A stretch of DNA of 58,050 nt, the filler included, from Dimargaris cristalligena (taxonomy: Eukaryota): assembly GCA_003614675.1 (NCBI GenBank). It is 5 parts of 5 records of this genome, joined end to end, with 100 filler letters (N's around TTAATTAATTAA, not from the genome) between each part and the next. Parts side by side here need not be neighbours in the genome. Positions count along the whole stretch, not along the records: positions 11,660 to 23,186 come from ML003105.1; positions 23,287 to 34,811 come from ML003106.1; 3 more parts are not named here. One strand, 5' to 3'. Positions 12,433-23,908 of the stretch are shown piece by piece; position 1 is the first letter of the stretch; each line of letters begins with the position of its first letter. The notes below the pieces were generated by a model. It searched no databases. It saw only the letters and a list, made by a program, of their open reading frames with translations, and was not told the origin of the DNA. The translations under genes were made by a program, and so were the position numbers.

Positions 12433-14088
12433 TTAATAAAAATGATCACTGTACACTACTATGATTTATGTTCACCGCATGGTGGATTAATGGGGCAAAG
12501 TGGCAGGCCCCCTTTTTCGCTCGTTAAGGGTCAAGGTTCTACTTTAAAGAAATCTGCGACGATAGGGGGTCATATCAATGGGGTATGGACTATAGAGTGC
12601 ATAGGGAGGTGACTTTAATTTCCGTGGCTTATCCATGGTAGGGTATAGCCATAGCAATACCAACTCCAGATACCTTGGGCGTGCCAACATACCACCGACC
12701 CTACCATATAGTTCAATCCGGCGGTGTTCGGTAATTCCCCAGCATGAAATCCGCTGATTCCCTATTCGCAGCAAACTAACCAGAATTGATTAGCTTGTAT
12801 TCATTACTAAGGGAATACGCCAAGATAACGGGTATGGAGAATCGGGGAGGGGCTGGGGCTAGCTGTACGACTCAACCTACTGCAACCGCCGGCCGACCCC
12901 GGGGCCCACGAGACGCTCACGTGGCCACATCTCCCGGGAGATCCAGCCGAGCGAAGCGCGAACGATAGCTGATCCCATCGAAAACGAAACCGAGTGTGAA
13001 GCCTATAATAAGCAATATTCCCCGAAAACCAGAATCCCGTTATGTCTTAATAAAATGATAATTTAAACTCTTAAAAATTATACCCTGCCTCCCCCCTCGG
13101 ACCCGAACCCACTGGTAAATTTATTGGTCCGCCCTGACCACCCGTTACACTACCAGAGAACATATACCCTCAATGTAATCGATTTTGCCCAAGCTAGAGT
13201 TATGCGTAGTTGGCGAACTAAACCTACAAAGAATTAACTCTCCTCCACTTAAAATAGGGACAAGGGACAAGGAAAGGAACAGCAGGATATAATAAGTCGA
13301 TCCCTCATTGTAACTACCCCCGAGTGTAAAGGGTGCACCAGTATTCCGAAGTCGGAGGAGAGCTACATATAAGGATCCCGTAGCGATAAATAAGCGGGGA
13401 GAAGGTTGAAGCGGACAAGGGGTGGAAATCTGAAAATACATCAATGTAGTTTAGCGTCATTCCCCACCTATTTTTTGCTCTGTTCAAGGCGCTGGGCGAT
13501 AACTTGGCCAATATAGTGAATCTACAGGAACTCTTTAATGACAATCATTCATATATCTTTATTTCGTTCTTTGAGTTGCCGCGGGGTTGATCTATATAGT
13601 TCATCCCTCTTTTCCCGTTCCTCTACTGCTGGTTCGCCACAGTGTAACGTCGGCAGTAAACCCAGGGGGGGGGGGTGCTTTCTCCTATCTGTACTACCCA
13701 CCCCTTCCCCACCCTACTTAGATGGTATGCCATAATTACCTGCTGAACTGCCCAGCCTACGCGTATATAGAATGGCCAGGCCGCTCCCTGATAACAATTT
13801 CGCTACAGCCTTATCACTCGATTGACTATTCTCACTCCACACAACTTTCGCTTTGGATTCTTCCGGTTTCCTTTCATTATTTCGTATTCTGCCCACTATC
13901 TACAGGGACCCATTAGTGTGACCTTATCACTCCCCATATATACTATACATATCACATCAAACATTTATTAGCACTCCTCTGTCCTGCATGCTAGTGCATC
14001 GTGCTTTCCAGTCTTGTGATTTACGCCCATCAAACCTAACCATTCATTAACACCCCCCTCTCCTTAGTGGTCCTTTTATTTTACCGCA

Positions 14089-17000
14089 ATGGCCATCCAT
14101 TCCACTTATTCAACCAACCCCAGCTACACTTCCCTGGAGGAATCCCCGGGCTCCAATGTCCATGTCCAAGACGAACGTTACAGCGATATAGGACCTGATC
14201 CCGACGGCGACCCCAGCGTACACGAACCCCTCACATTATCCGAAAAATCCCACACTCGCAACTCCTCCAAAGTCTACAAGTGGGCGCTGGTGGCTTTGGG
14301 TATTGTTTTGCTGAGCAGTCTCGTCTTTTTGGGCCATTGTATGTACCAACTCCGGCATTTGAACACCTTTGTCCAGCAGCAACAGCAAGCCTCGCTGGCG
14401 AAGGAGTCGACTGCTGCGCAAGGTCGCCGTAGGGAATTCCCCCCCATTCAGGCGGAGAGCCTCCAGTTTACCGAGTTGAGCCGTAAGCGGTTGGCCGAGG
14501 TCCAGGACGCAATTCGCCATACTTGGCAAGGATACGCTGCAGTGGCCTTTGGGTACGATGAAATTGGGCCCGTTTCGAACATGCCCGTGAACAAGTAAGC
14601 GAATGGCCTCGAAAAGCTGCTAATTGAGCTGCCGAGTCCGGTTGATATATTTTAATTAAATGATGGACTAACGAAGAGATATTGAGGCTACGGCAAGTGA
14701 AAATACTTTCGAGGGTCGGGGGCTCAAAGCGAATATCCCAACCACCTATATTTGCCAGCCCTGCTAACCCATTCCTATACTATAATATATACCGAATCGA
14801 ATTCCAATCAACACCCATACCTCTAGATGGGGCGGGTAAGTACCAGTCTCCTAATTCATAATTACACTTAAGTTGAGCTCAAACAGCCAGGCTAGAGACG
14901 TATACCCTGCTACCGATTACATAGCCTATATATGTTATATAACACACCGGCCCACACTGCTTGAGGTCCCTAACCTATTGTATTTAGTATTTGTATATAT
15001 ATAAATATACCCCACTATTAGATATGGTATGACTCTCATCGACTCCCTCGACACTCTTTGGATTGCGGGACTTGATACCGAATTCAAGCAGGCCGTTGAA
15101 TTCATTCACACTCTCAGTTACGACAGTGTGGTAAGTAGAACCCTCCCCCTCTAGACTACGCTACACTCATGGTTTACTATGTACTCCCCCATCCATATGC
15201 TCTTCATCTTTTGCGCAATACGCCAACCACTGGCCATTTAAATTTTGACTAATTATATATTTATTGTGAATGATGCACTCCTGCTGTAACTTTTTATCAG
15301 CGGAAGACGAATATTCCGTTTTTTGAAACGGTAATTCGAACCCTCGGTGGTCTCCTGTCAGCCTATGAACTATCTCACGACCGTAGCTGCCTGCTCAAGG
15401 CACTAGAAATGGCCGGACTGCTGCAGCCAGCCTTCGATACCAACACCAGGCTGCCGGCCCATGCCATCAACCCGACCACGGGACACCATTCTTACGCCAA
15501 TTGGGCGGAACACCAAATGGTCCTGGCCGAAATCGGAACGATTCAATTGGAATACAAGAAACTATCCTACTACTCTCTTGACCCTAAATTTGACCGTCAG
15601 GTAAGTAGCGGAAACCCCGTCGGGTAGCCACAGTAACTACCGGTCTAATTCATTTGGCATGGTATATATATATATATATATATTTACAGCCCCATATGCG
15701 ACTCCTAAATGCGTACTCTAATCAATACCTCATCCGCCCCGCCTTTTAACAAATACACTTACTAATATGCCAGGCTTTAGACGCAATCGAGCACCTCCGT
15801 ATTCACAAGCCGAGCATTCCCGGCCTCTACCCCGTGCTCCTTGATCCCCGTACCGGAGAATACAATAGTGGTAAGTGTGGCCAACGTCAGCGCTTAACAC
15901 CATTTGCACTGATAATAGGAGTTTATTGTCAAACCCATACATGAGGCTAATCCGTAACCATGTCTTACTTTGCTTTAACATGTATTTCTCACTTTTATTA
16001 TATAGATTCTATAATCTCATTCGGTGCACTTGGTGATAGTTTCTATGAGGTATGTCCCTAGACGTTGAACTAGGTCTGTGTGCATACTGGTTAAATATTA
16101 TTTTCTAATAACTTCCTGCTCTGAATTTGATGAGTCAATTAGTACAAGGACAGCATCTAACATTTTTTATTTAATTGACTGCTTTCTCATGATCCACTGT
16201 ACCCCACTAGTATTTAATCAAACGGTTCATCATGACTGGCCGAAACGAAACAGTGTTCCGTGATATGTGTAAGTCGGAGTTTGTAAACATATGTGCTAAT
16301 TATAAAGGATCGGGTAATAATAAGGCTCGGCCACTGGCAGACCTCTATAGAACGTTTACTAATTATATAGAGAGATGGGGATTGTCTTTTCGGTGTCATT
16401 ATGCTGACAATTTCTCTTTTTTTTTAAAAAAATTATATATATATATATATCAGATATCGAGAGTGTCGAAAGCATGAAGAAGTACCTGGTTAAGCCTGTT
16501 CTCTTCCAGCCCGAGAAAAGCTATCTGGCGTCCATCCGCCACGGCAAAACCATCGAAACTGATGTGGGTCATTTGGTAAGTATTATTCACTATAAGAGTT
16601 TCGAATACTACGATGCCAGGGGAGGTCTATTGCGAAATAACATGGGTGCACGTGCCTTCCCAAAGTTGGTTTCTGGTGCCATTGAAACCTAACGGCGCTT
16701 AAGTCATACCCAACGTCTAACTGTGACATATTTTTGGAATTTCGGTCTTATATAATTGTACATTGGGGGGGGCATAAACTACACTCCGGAATTGTATATT
16801 GTACAACTTACAATAGTCCTGCTTTGCCCCTGGCATGCTAGCACTGGGCGCCAAGGTTCTGAACCGACCTGAAGACATGGAGGTTGCCAAGTCCCTGATC
16901 GAAGGTTGTATGCTCATGTACTCTGGTACTCGTACTGGCCTGGCCCCCGAGGCGGTCCATTTTGCCACCGAAAAGGAATACGAATACCTGAAGAATTATA

Positions 17001-17973
17001 ATCCCGAATTGGCCGCCCAGGTTGAAGAGCGCGGCTACTATATCGGAACACCGTATAACATCCTCCGGCCCGGTAAGTTACTGCCTATATGATTCCTGCT
17101 TCCCTAAACTGCGAATGGGATCGCCGTCTCCATTGATCTTTCTTATTGGAGATTGGTGGAGATAGGAGGTGTTGTGTTTTGACACCAAACCAATTGCCTG
17201 GATTAGGACTAATACCGGCTATGGTTCGATTCTTATATTTTGGGACTATATAGAAACCGTGGAAAGCCTTTTCGTGCTCTACCGACTGACCGGCGATCCG
17301 AAATATCAGGTAAGATTCCGAGTCCACCTACCTATCTATCGTATTGATTGATTGGCGTACCCTGACAGTGTGCTCATACAGCCTTACTGAGTGAAACCCC
17401 TTCAAATGTCTGGTCGACTAACCTCGAATTTCCATAAATTACGGTATAATTTGGCGTCCCGTCATTTGTGTATATTTTTATTTATTAGGAGTACGGTTGG
17501 GTTATTTTCAAGGTAAGTTATACGGCTATTACTAACGATTTATGGTTGATGAGCTCTATGGTGGGCCTTCAGTGGAAGGGGATAACTCCCGGATAAATCA
17601 TTATACCGGCTATTATAGCAAATAATAACCAAACTAAGCTGCTCCGGCAAACTCCATACGTACCTTTTACTTACCGGTATATTACACTGTATAATCGACC
17701 ATTGTATGACTACCGAACCAATAGGCGTTTGAGAAGCACTGCAAAACTCCGTACGCCTTTAGCGCCCTCAGGGATGTAGATGGCGACATGCCCATCGAAG
17801 AGAATTGGAGCAATAATATGGAGAGTTTCTTCATGGCCGAAACCATGAAATACCTATATCTGCTCTTCGCGGACCCTAGCACCATTTCTCTCGATGAATA
17901 CGTATTTAACACTGAGGCCCATCCTTTGAAATTAATGCTGGATCTCGATCAGTATGATCCCACAGCCGTATAA
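14089..17973 (+). CDS. MNS1: Class I alpha-1,2-mannosidase (GH47), type II membrane protein; exons approx. 14089-14594, 14827-14835, 15022-15130, 15301-15600, 15774-15870, 16006-16049, 16211-16268, 16454-16575, 16817-17072, 17254-17309, 17489-17512, 17725-17973
   Basis: N-terminal TM helix. GH47 motifs HTWQGY...GYDE, GMTLIDSLDTLW, FETVIRTLGGLLSAY, LAEIGTIQLEY, GALGDSFYEYLIK, HLSCFAPGM, LRPETVESLF, MESFFMAETMKYLYLLF and FNTEAHP. Exons splice in frame. Confidence 0.93.
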
Positions 17974-18360
17974 TTTAACTTGGTTGTACTTTTTTTTTCA
18001 TATTAGTTTATTTGTAACAATGGGGTTTACCCCTCTGATTTTAGAAACCTTTCACTACAAAATAGTGTGTCGCTACAGCCCCTTCCTCCAATAAATAGTT
18101 TTACCGTATTATAGAGACATAGTTAGATATTAATATATATACCCTCACTCTAGTCGACCGGGGAAAAGGAACGCCTAGTTTTGGCAATAGTTGGTAATAC
18201 GTATTGGACATGTCCTAGTACCCTACATGTTGGAGTTGGGGTTTAAGTATGGTGAGATCTAATTATAAAAATCAATCATGATACTATACAGCTAAGGTTG
18301 GCGACCCCCGCTATCCATGCAACCCCTATTAGACTGTGCGAGGAACAGTATACTATACTA

Positions 18361-20400
18361 CATATATGATGAAGGTTTTATGTTGGGGTAAATGGCTATA
18401 GTGTCACCACAAGGCATATTTTGGTAATCTTTCCCAAGCATACAGTCATTTGAAAGTCCCAAGGAATTAGGGTACCTGTGAATGGGGCTAGTCCTATGTA
18501 ATTAAGAAACTGCCTTTAGTGAAATTGCAAGGTTATGGGGAAGAAACCCCACTCAACCATTTGAGGGTTCTGGAAAACAGTATAGATATGAAGCTATTCA
18601 AGACCAGGTTTACCCTCAGACTATCAGCCTAGTGAAATCCTTTGAGATTTAGCCCATTCAGCCTTCACCTGCCCAAACAGTTCCTCCCAGTTGCAATCCG
18701 CCTGCTGAAAGTTGTTCTAGTATAGCCAAATTTTGGCTAGCCATCTACTAGGACATAATCATAACTAATTAGCTGCCTGAAAGTCCCAGAGTATCTGCAA
18801 CTCATTCACCAATAATCTCATTTGATATCCACTCATATGGGAACAATGTTGTAAATTTCAATTCAAAACCACCTGGGATAAACATGGGCAATTAGACCCC
18901 CCAATGTCAATTGGGCTTGGTAGAAAATATCAGTATCTATACTATTCAGTAACTCTTCTTTTAATGTACCAAGTTGGCACTTAGCTAGTTGGGTAGTGGG
19001 TATCACTAAACCACTTTCATATGGATAAAATGTGGCCCAGGTGGATTGGTCTTTAGGCAATATGTGTAGGGGAAAGTAGAGGTGGTCAATTCATTGTTAA
19101 CCAATGGTATTTGCCTTGTCCAATGGAGTATTTGTTATACAGTCTGGCCGAACCTTCTCTATATGTATAGTACTAATGGACTAGTATACCCATTCTTTCA
19201 TCCAATAGTATAGTCCAGAGACACCCTTTATTATTGCTGTACCAGGCCTAGTTACTAGCAATGGTTGGTCATGGTATATCTCTGGGGTTTCCATCTGTTA
19301 ATTAGTCTACAGCTCACCCTGTCTAAAGGTATACCACAGAACTTTTAGAAGATGTGGATAAGCAATTTTTTGGTTATTTCCAGTCACAGCTCTGGTGAGC
19401 TCCATTGAAGATAGGGGGAGGAGGCCTCATCCAATTACAAAGGAAAAAACATTACATCCATGGTTAGTTAAAGCTGAGGGTATATATGGGAATGACCTCA
19501 GGGTGCATTCCAAATTGGGACCCCGCTAACTGGATAATTATGAATGGAGGGGACTGTTTAAGGCCAGTTGCCAGTGCCTGTTGCCTGGGTTTACCACTCT
19601 TAGTCCATCAGGAGTCCCAAGGATAGGCTTCTAATGGTAGGTGGGGCTTAGACTTGGATAAGTGGGCTACTAGTATCAGGTATTGGGCATAGTACTAACT
19701 AATAAAGGCTTAGGTAATTAGTTTATACAAGGGACATGCAGTGGGCACACTTACGGGTTAGTATGAAGGGGTGAGCATATATAGTGTTGATTAGGGTAAA
19801 CTAGGGGGGTAAGAATAAAGCTAAGGAATCTAACCAGTCCTAAGGGGGCCTGGTTATATATATGTGGGGATAGCTCCAGAGGGAGGTCCCAAGGGAAGAC
19901 TATGGGTAACTAAGGTATATAGTGAAACTAGGCCAACTGGATGGCTACTAGTATCTAGAGGACTCTCGTGGTAACTGGAAGAGTCTTTGGATCAGCAGGT
20001 TGAGTGATTAGTACAAAGAGCTGGAGTCTGGAAGGGAAAGGGTTATATGATATAGGGTGATCCCATAGTACCAGGGGTGACTATGGGAAGGTTAATATGG
20101 TACTATAAGGCCTAATAAGGGCAGATGGCAGGGTATTTGGATTAAGATGGATTAGAAGGGCCAATAGTGCCTTTTTATAAAGATGTAGTACTAACTGTTA
20201 AGGGAGTTTCAGCTAGATAGTTAGGTATTATATACTTTGATAGCTTTGGTTGGGCTCCACAGGGGTTATTATATATAGCTATGAATATATACAATATTAA
20301 AGTCTGATCATGTGGGAGTGGGTAGACAATTTTATGCACTATCAAACTCTAATAATTGTATAAGCCAAACAAGTGATTTTTGGAACTAACAGAGGTAAAG
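18361..20400. repeat. Strongly CpG-depleted degenerate repeat/relic region
   Basis: About 5 CG dinucleotides counted by eye in ~2 kb; no intact ORF; contains MITE copy C; 20076-20180 resembles 47483-47570. Confidence 0.55.
19018..19165 (-). mobile_element. MITE-like element, copy C (most diverged)
   Basis: Reverse complement CATATAGAGAAGGTTCGGCCAGACTGTATAACAAATACTCCATTGG...AATACCATTGGTT...TACACATAT...CTGGGCCACATTTTATCCATATG is colinear with the other three copies. Confidence 0.65.
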
Positions 20401-21460
20401 AGACAAAGCTGTATATTGGGAAAGGGTAGGTATGAATCTCTATACAGCCGTATTGGCTATTGAATGAAACTCGGATGGAAAAGAGGGTGGAAAATAGATT
20501 TAACCCAGCATACCAAGTTACAGTCAGTGAAAGGTTCATTCATCACGCAAGTAGATCTAGCCTCCCCCTTACGGATTGTGTGACTATAGGAAGGTCTACT
20601 AATACTACAACGACAAGTCGGAGGTGACACCATATGTGATTCACAGATACCACCTACTGTGGCGATTATTATTTTTTTGGTCACCGAAACTAGTCTTGGT
20701 AGCCCTTTTTTAAAAGGCATGCACTTCCTCTTTGCTGCCTCCGTCTCCATCACCAGCCCAATTCCTATCCATAAGTCCCCAAGCCCCGTTGCCCTGCTCG
20801 GTAGAAAACTTGAATAAGAAGGTGAGAGTAGGACAGAAAGGCAATTTATAGGTGCTAGAATTTCCGGTGGTTATACCAGTATCGCCTAAAGGATGGTCTA
20901 GTGAATGTGCGTAGCTTAGTGTAGGCCTGCCCCGGTGAATTATGAGCTGCGAAGGGTAATAGGAAGGGGGAAAAATAAGGGTGGCCAATGGTAGCCGTTA
21001 TGGTTAAAGGTATTAGCGTGTATTAGAAAGGGGAAAGAGGAAAGAGGTGAGTGCCCACAATGATATTATCTACTGGATACAGCCCAACCTTCGGAGAGTA
21101 GGATGGTTGCACAGCATCACCACGTAATATTGATAGGTGAGCCCACATAGCTCAGCATTAGCCGGCTCCAAATCCAAAAAGTACTCTCCCCAACTCAAGG
21201 GGAGAATATGGAGAACAGAACAGATAATAGGAAAGCCAGTGGATAGCAAGGATGCCGCATCTGTGGCCCCTTCGACGAACCAGCTCCAGTGGGGCCAGCT
21301 GGAGAAGTATAAATACAGGGAGTCTTCCCCCACTATTCCTCCATCCAATCTCTTTATATCGCCCTACTTCTTTCTATAAGTGGCATCTTTGCTTACCTTC
21401 CCTGCTTACACAGTCCTACGAACCATCCTCCTTCGGTACTTCTCGCTCGTTATCTGCAAA

Positions 21461-23186
21461 ATGAAAACTACCTGTATTTCGATTACCTTGTTCGGCCTAG
21501 CCATGGCCCAGTTGGCCACCGCTCAGCCTCATCCAGCAAACCCCCTTAACGACAATAGCAGCCCCGAATCGAATTTGTCCGCCGAAAACATGGAGCCAGC
21601 CACCAATGATTCTATCAGCCAAACATCCCAGACTGGCAATTTACAACGCTTGCCTTCCGAGCTGTTGAACGTAGTGAACAACCTCTCTGGACCTAGTGGT
21701 CGAACTCAGCTTCGCCTAACAAGTAAAGTGAGAAAAATGAGTGCTGATGAATCGACAGAGTTTAAATCAGCTCAAATGGTAGGTAATGGTATTTATGTAA
21801 TGCCTCGCCCCGGGGATCCGGGAGGAGTGACGATTTGCCTGCCGGGTTGAGAAGACCCAGGGCGAGACACGGAAGTTGGCCCAGACCTTCGTAAATTTGG
21901 GGATTCAGGCCGAGAAGGTGACGGTGATGGCGACATCTCTTGCGGGGAGACTGATTGATTACTACTGGAGCGAAACATACTGTGAATTGTGGGTAACGTC
22001 GTAAGAGGATCAATGATTGTTATTAATATTTGAAATGTAAATAAGAAGTCGTGGCTACTTGCTGCTTCACCCTCGATGACTTCTTCAATACACAACGACT
22101 AGAAGGGTTTTTTTATTTTATAAATGCTTAAGGACCAAAATGAATAATATATGCTGCTAGGGTTTTTGCTCCCCGATTTAGGGAACAAAACTGGTGGGTT
22201 TAAATACTCCCGTCCTCAAACTAAGAATGAGGATTTTTACAGCACTCAGTCGGGCAGCGGAAGGGGTTTGCCCCTTCTTGATGAGGTGCACTGCTGCCCC
22301 ATGGTCAGCTCTGGGCACTAACTTCCTCCAGCAGCTACGACGGTAACAGCTAGCTCCCACAACGGCCCGATGAGGATGCCTCCATTATATGAAATGGGAA
22401 TATATTGAAACTGATAATGATTGATCCGGTTTGATAGGAGAAAAGGTTTCCCGAACCCCATAATATGCAACACTATATGAACTAGGGGAGAATATCGGGA
22501 AGTATATAAACAAGTAAAAGGGATAACAAATAAACTTTCCCGATTCTGCACTTTGCAGCACTACATTTATATGTATAAATATAGCACTTAAAAGATTATG
22601 ATATACATATAACACCGCCCTAGTATTTCGCACATGGTGAAATTCAAGAAAGCTAATGCCAATGTTTGACATCTTATTTCCATTTACTTATATTTGCCAA
22701 ACTGACCCACACCAGAAATTTGAGCATCACCAAGCCATTATTAATGGAATAGCACATGTCAGTGACGAAGATTTAGCTGATCTTGCTAAGATGGTACCCT
22801 TGGAATTTGACGCAACTGTCATGGCCATGATCCACCGAGAGCTTTATGCCACGGTCATGCAGAGACACCAATCTACAGATCAAGCAGTCCATGTCTTGGA
22901 TAATGAGCAACAACGGAGATGCTTGGATTTAGTTAGTGAGGACTGGACTTACGTGGATTTGGGCCAAATGACACCTGTGCTGCCCTGGGCAGCTGGCCAG
23001 AGGCCGCGTAAGCCCCAGTACACATTACTAATCCAAGAAGTAGCCATACTTTGGATGAATTCAAGGTCCCCGGACAATTGACGAGTTATTTACATGGGAA
23101 CGGTCCGGGGTCATTAATGTTATTTAATTTTTTTATGCTAGCTGATTCTCTTTTCCTTCAGCTTTCCAAATCATACTTCCATTTGC
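21461..23186 (+). pseudogene. Secreted protein gene with an F-box-like motif, interrupted by a solo LTR in its putative first intron, apparently frameshifted downstream and cut by the contig end
   Basis: TATAAATA near 21308. Signal peptide MKTTCISITLFGLAMAQLATAQP, then LQRLPSELLNVVNNLSGPSGRTQLRLTSK. Putative intron GTAGGT (21779) to CCCTAG (22623). The following frames do not join without frameshifts (near 22650 and 23055). Confidence 0.55.
21796..22565 (+). mobile_element. Solo LTR (~770 bp) with 4-bp target-site duplication TTTA
   Basis: Starts TGTAATG, ends CACTACA (TG..CA with a short imperfect inverted repeat), flanked by TTTA at 21792-21795 and 22566-22569. A second copy lies at 46534-47322 with the same TGTAATG boundary. 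Strand is a relative orientation only. Confidence 0.8.
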
Positions 23187-23286
23187 NNNNNNNNNNNNNN
23201 NNNNNNNNNNNNNNNNNNNNNNNNNNNNNNTTAATTAATTAANNNNNNNNNNNNNNNNNNNNNNNNNNNNNNNNNNNNNNNNNNNN
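23187..23286. other. Artificial contig spacer
   Basis: N44-TTAATTAATTAA-N44. Confidence 0.97.
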
Positions 23287-23908
23287 CACTTCCGGAACTT
23301 CGCTGGTCGTAATACCTGAAGGGGCGGTGGCGGTGGGGCTCCCTTGTCAATTTTTTTTTCAGTGCTTTTTGTTGTTGTACCAATATATTATTTATCTGTT
23401 TGTCGTGGCAATATGGGGTTCTGGCAGCTATATAGAATGCCAGGCCAGTTAAATAATGCCCAAATAGAATAATGTTGCGCCTTGATTGGCCCCCTCTGGA
23501 TATTTAGGTTAAATCTGAAAGTTCCAAGATACTCGCCAGTCTCCGCATCAACGCTGGATTCTAAGACACGATGATAATAAAAAAGGGGTACCGTTGTTCA
23601 GTTTAAGGTTGTCATAAGACCATTTATATATTACATCGACGGACAAGTTATCTGGTAGTGGAAAGTGGGGGAGACTAAGGATAAAACCCTGACTAAAAAT
23701 ACAGGCCGGCGAGTACATGAAATATAGAAATATCAAAAGTTACGGTGCGATGTAGACAATTCTACGTGGATAACGGATTACGATTACTGTATGATAACTA
23801 AAGGGGGTGAATGAATATATATAAGGGCACAGTGCAGACAAGCGAAGCGAGGTGTAATTAGGGGGCAAGGCGAGAGGGGAGGGCAGCCACCACCCTATCC
23901 TATACCCT

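Noticed and set aside
21762-22672. Short ORFs within the LTR
   Set aside because: No gag/pol motifs, and the frames are not preserved in the second LTR copy.
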